Assembly (NCBI GenBank): GCA_964016885.1
Contig: OZ024742.1
Coordinates: 12,028,001-12,092,000 of the forward strand
Direction of reading: 5' to 3'
From: Eledone cirrhosa
Lineage: Eukaryota
DNA length: 64,000 bases
Positions 61,901-64,000 of the stretch are shown one piece after another (within the stretch, counting starts at the first letter, position 1; each line of letters begins with the position of its first letter). The notes beneath the pieces were generated by a model, which was not told where the DNA came from, did no database searches, and saw nothing but the letters and a program-made list of their open reading frames with translations. The position numbers and the translations under genes are program-made.

Positions 61901-64000
61901 CAACTATTATATATCCATACAACTATTATACGTCTCTACAACTATTATACATCTATGCAACTATTATACATCCATACAACTATTATACATCCATACAACT
62001 AGTATACGTCCATACAACTATTATACATCCATACAACTATTATACATCCATACAACTATTATACGTCTATACAACTATTATACATCCATACAACTATTAT
62101 ACATCCATACAACTATTATACGTCTCTACAACTATTATACATCCATACAACTATTATACATCTCTACAACTATTATACGTCCATACAACTATTATACATC
62201 CATACAACTATTATACGGCCATACAACTATTATACATTCATACAACTATTATACATCCATACTACTATTATACATCCATACAACTATTATACATCCATAC
62301 AAATATTATACGTCTATACAACTATTATACGTCCATACAACTATTATACATCCGTACAACTATTATACATCCATACAACTATTATACATCCCTACAACTA
62401 TTATACATCCATACAACTATTATACATCCATACAACTATTATACGTCTCTACAACTAGTATACATCCATACAACTATTATACGTCCATACAACTATTATA
62501 CATCCATACAACTATTATACATCCATACAACTATTATACATCCATACAACTATTATACGTCTATAAACCTATTATACATCCATACAACTATTATACGTCT
62601 ATACACCTATTATACATCTATACACCTATTATACATCCATATAACTATTATACGTCTATACAACTATACATACATCCATACACCTATTATACATCCATAC
62701 AACTATTATACGTCCATACAACTATTATACGTCTATACAACTATACATACATCCATACACCTATTATACGTCCATACAACTATTATACGTCCATACAACT
62801 ATTATACATCTATACCACTATTATACGGCCATACAACTATTATACATCTATACAACTATTATACGTCCATACAACTATTATACATCCATACAACTATTAT
62901 ACATCCATACAACTATTATACATCCATACAACTATTATACATCTATACAACTATTATACGTCCATACAACTATTATACATCTATACAACTATTATACGGC
63001 CATACAACTATTATACATCCATACAACTATTATATATCCATACAACTATTATACATCCATACAACTATTATACATCAATACAACTATTATACATCCATAC
63101 AACTATTATACATCTATACAACTATTATACATCCATACAACTATTATACGTCCATACAACTATTATACATCCATGCAACTATTATACATCCATACAACAA
63201 TTATACATCCATACAACTATTATACTTCCATACAACTATTATACGTCTCTATAACTATTATACATCCATACAACTATTATACATCCATACAACTATTATA
63301 CATCCATACACCTCTTATACATCCATACAACTATTATAAGTCTATACAACTATACATACATCCATACAACTATTATACATCCATACAACTATTATACATC
63401 CATACAACTATTATACATCCATACAACTATTATACGTCTATACAACTAGTATACATCCATACAACTATTATACGTCCATACAACAATTATACATCCATAC
63501 AACTATTATACGTCCATACAACTATTATACGTACATACAACTTTTATACATCCATACAACTATTATACATCCATACAACTATTATACATCCATACAAATA
63601 TTATACATCCATACAACTATTAGACATTCATACAACTATTATACATCCATACAACTTTTATACATCCATACAACTATTATACATCCATACAAATATTATA
63701 CATCCATACAACTATTATACATCCATACAACTCTTATACATCCATACAACTATTACACACCCATACAACTATTATACTTTCATACCACTATTATACAACC
63801 ATACAACTATTATACAGCCATACAACTAGTATACATCCGTACAACTATTATACATCCATACAACTATTATACAACCATACAACTATTATACATCCATACA
63901 ACTTTTATACATCCATACAACTATTATACATCCATACAACTATTATACATCCATACAACTATTATACATCCATACAACTATTATACGTCTCTACAGCTAG
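49929..64000. repeat. 19-bp tandem satellite array, about 740 monomers in the window, probably continuing past the right edge
   Basis: Consensus TCCATACAACTATTATACA. Plus-strand ORFs repeat with a 19-aa period (IHTTIIHPYNYYTSIQLLY). Recurring variants include CGTCC, CGGCC, TCTAT and CCTCTT. Confidence 0.99.

Noticed and set aside
49858-63829. Long plus-strand ORFs (IHTTIIHPYNYYTSIQLLY repeats)
   Set aside because: They are translations of the G-free 19-bp satellite in all three frames, with no sign of codon-level constraint.
49929-64000. Telomerase-type telomeric repeat
   Set aside because: There are no G/C runs typical of telomere repeats, and variants are inherited in kb-scale blocks, which indicates recombinational amplification rather than templated addition.

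Overview
Eukaryotic, repeat-dominated window, probably animal, with no intact protein-coding gene I can support. Bases 1-45539 are a 34-bp tandem satellite (consensus GTTGACAGTTGAGATGTGATAGAGATAGAGATAT, with a common 28-bp variant). It has nested higher-order duplications at offsets of 15,990, 11,048, 27,038, about 4.4 kb, 2.64 kb and 1.82 kb. Bases 49929-64000 are a 19-bp satellite (TCCATACAACTATTATACA) with looser 2-3.7 kb higher-order blocks. The 4.4-kb island between the arrays holds microsatellites, a full-length decayed DD37D (maT-type) Tc1/mariner transposon with 26-bp TIRs and TA flanks, and a 5'-truncated Penelope-like retroelement (RT C-terminal half plus GIY-YIG). It also holds two short unique segments that may be exons. 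Nearly all ORF-track entries are translations of stop-free satellite or microsatellite strands. The most notable signals are the readable recombination history of the 34-bp array, a strong splice acceptor pointing into that array, and junction and RNA-structure features of the Penelope copy. I found no convincing new gene system.
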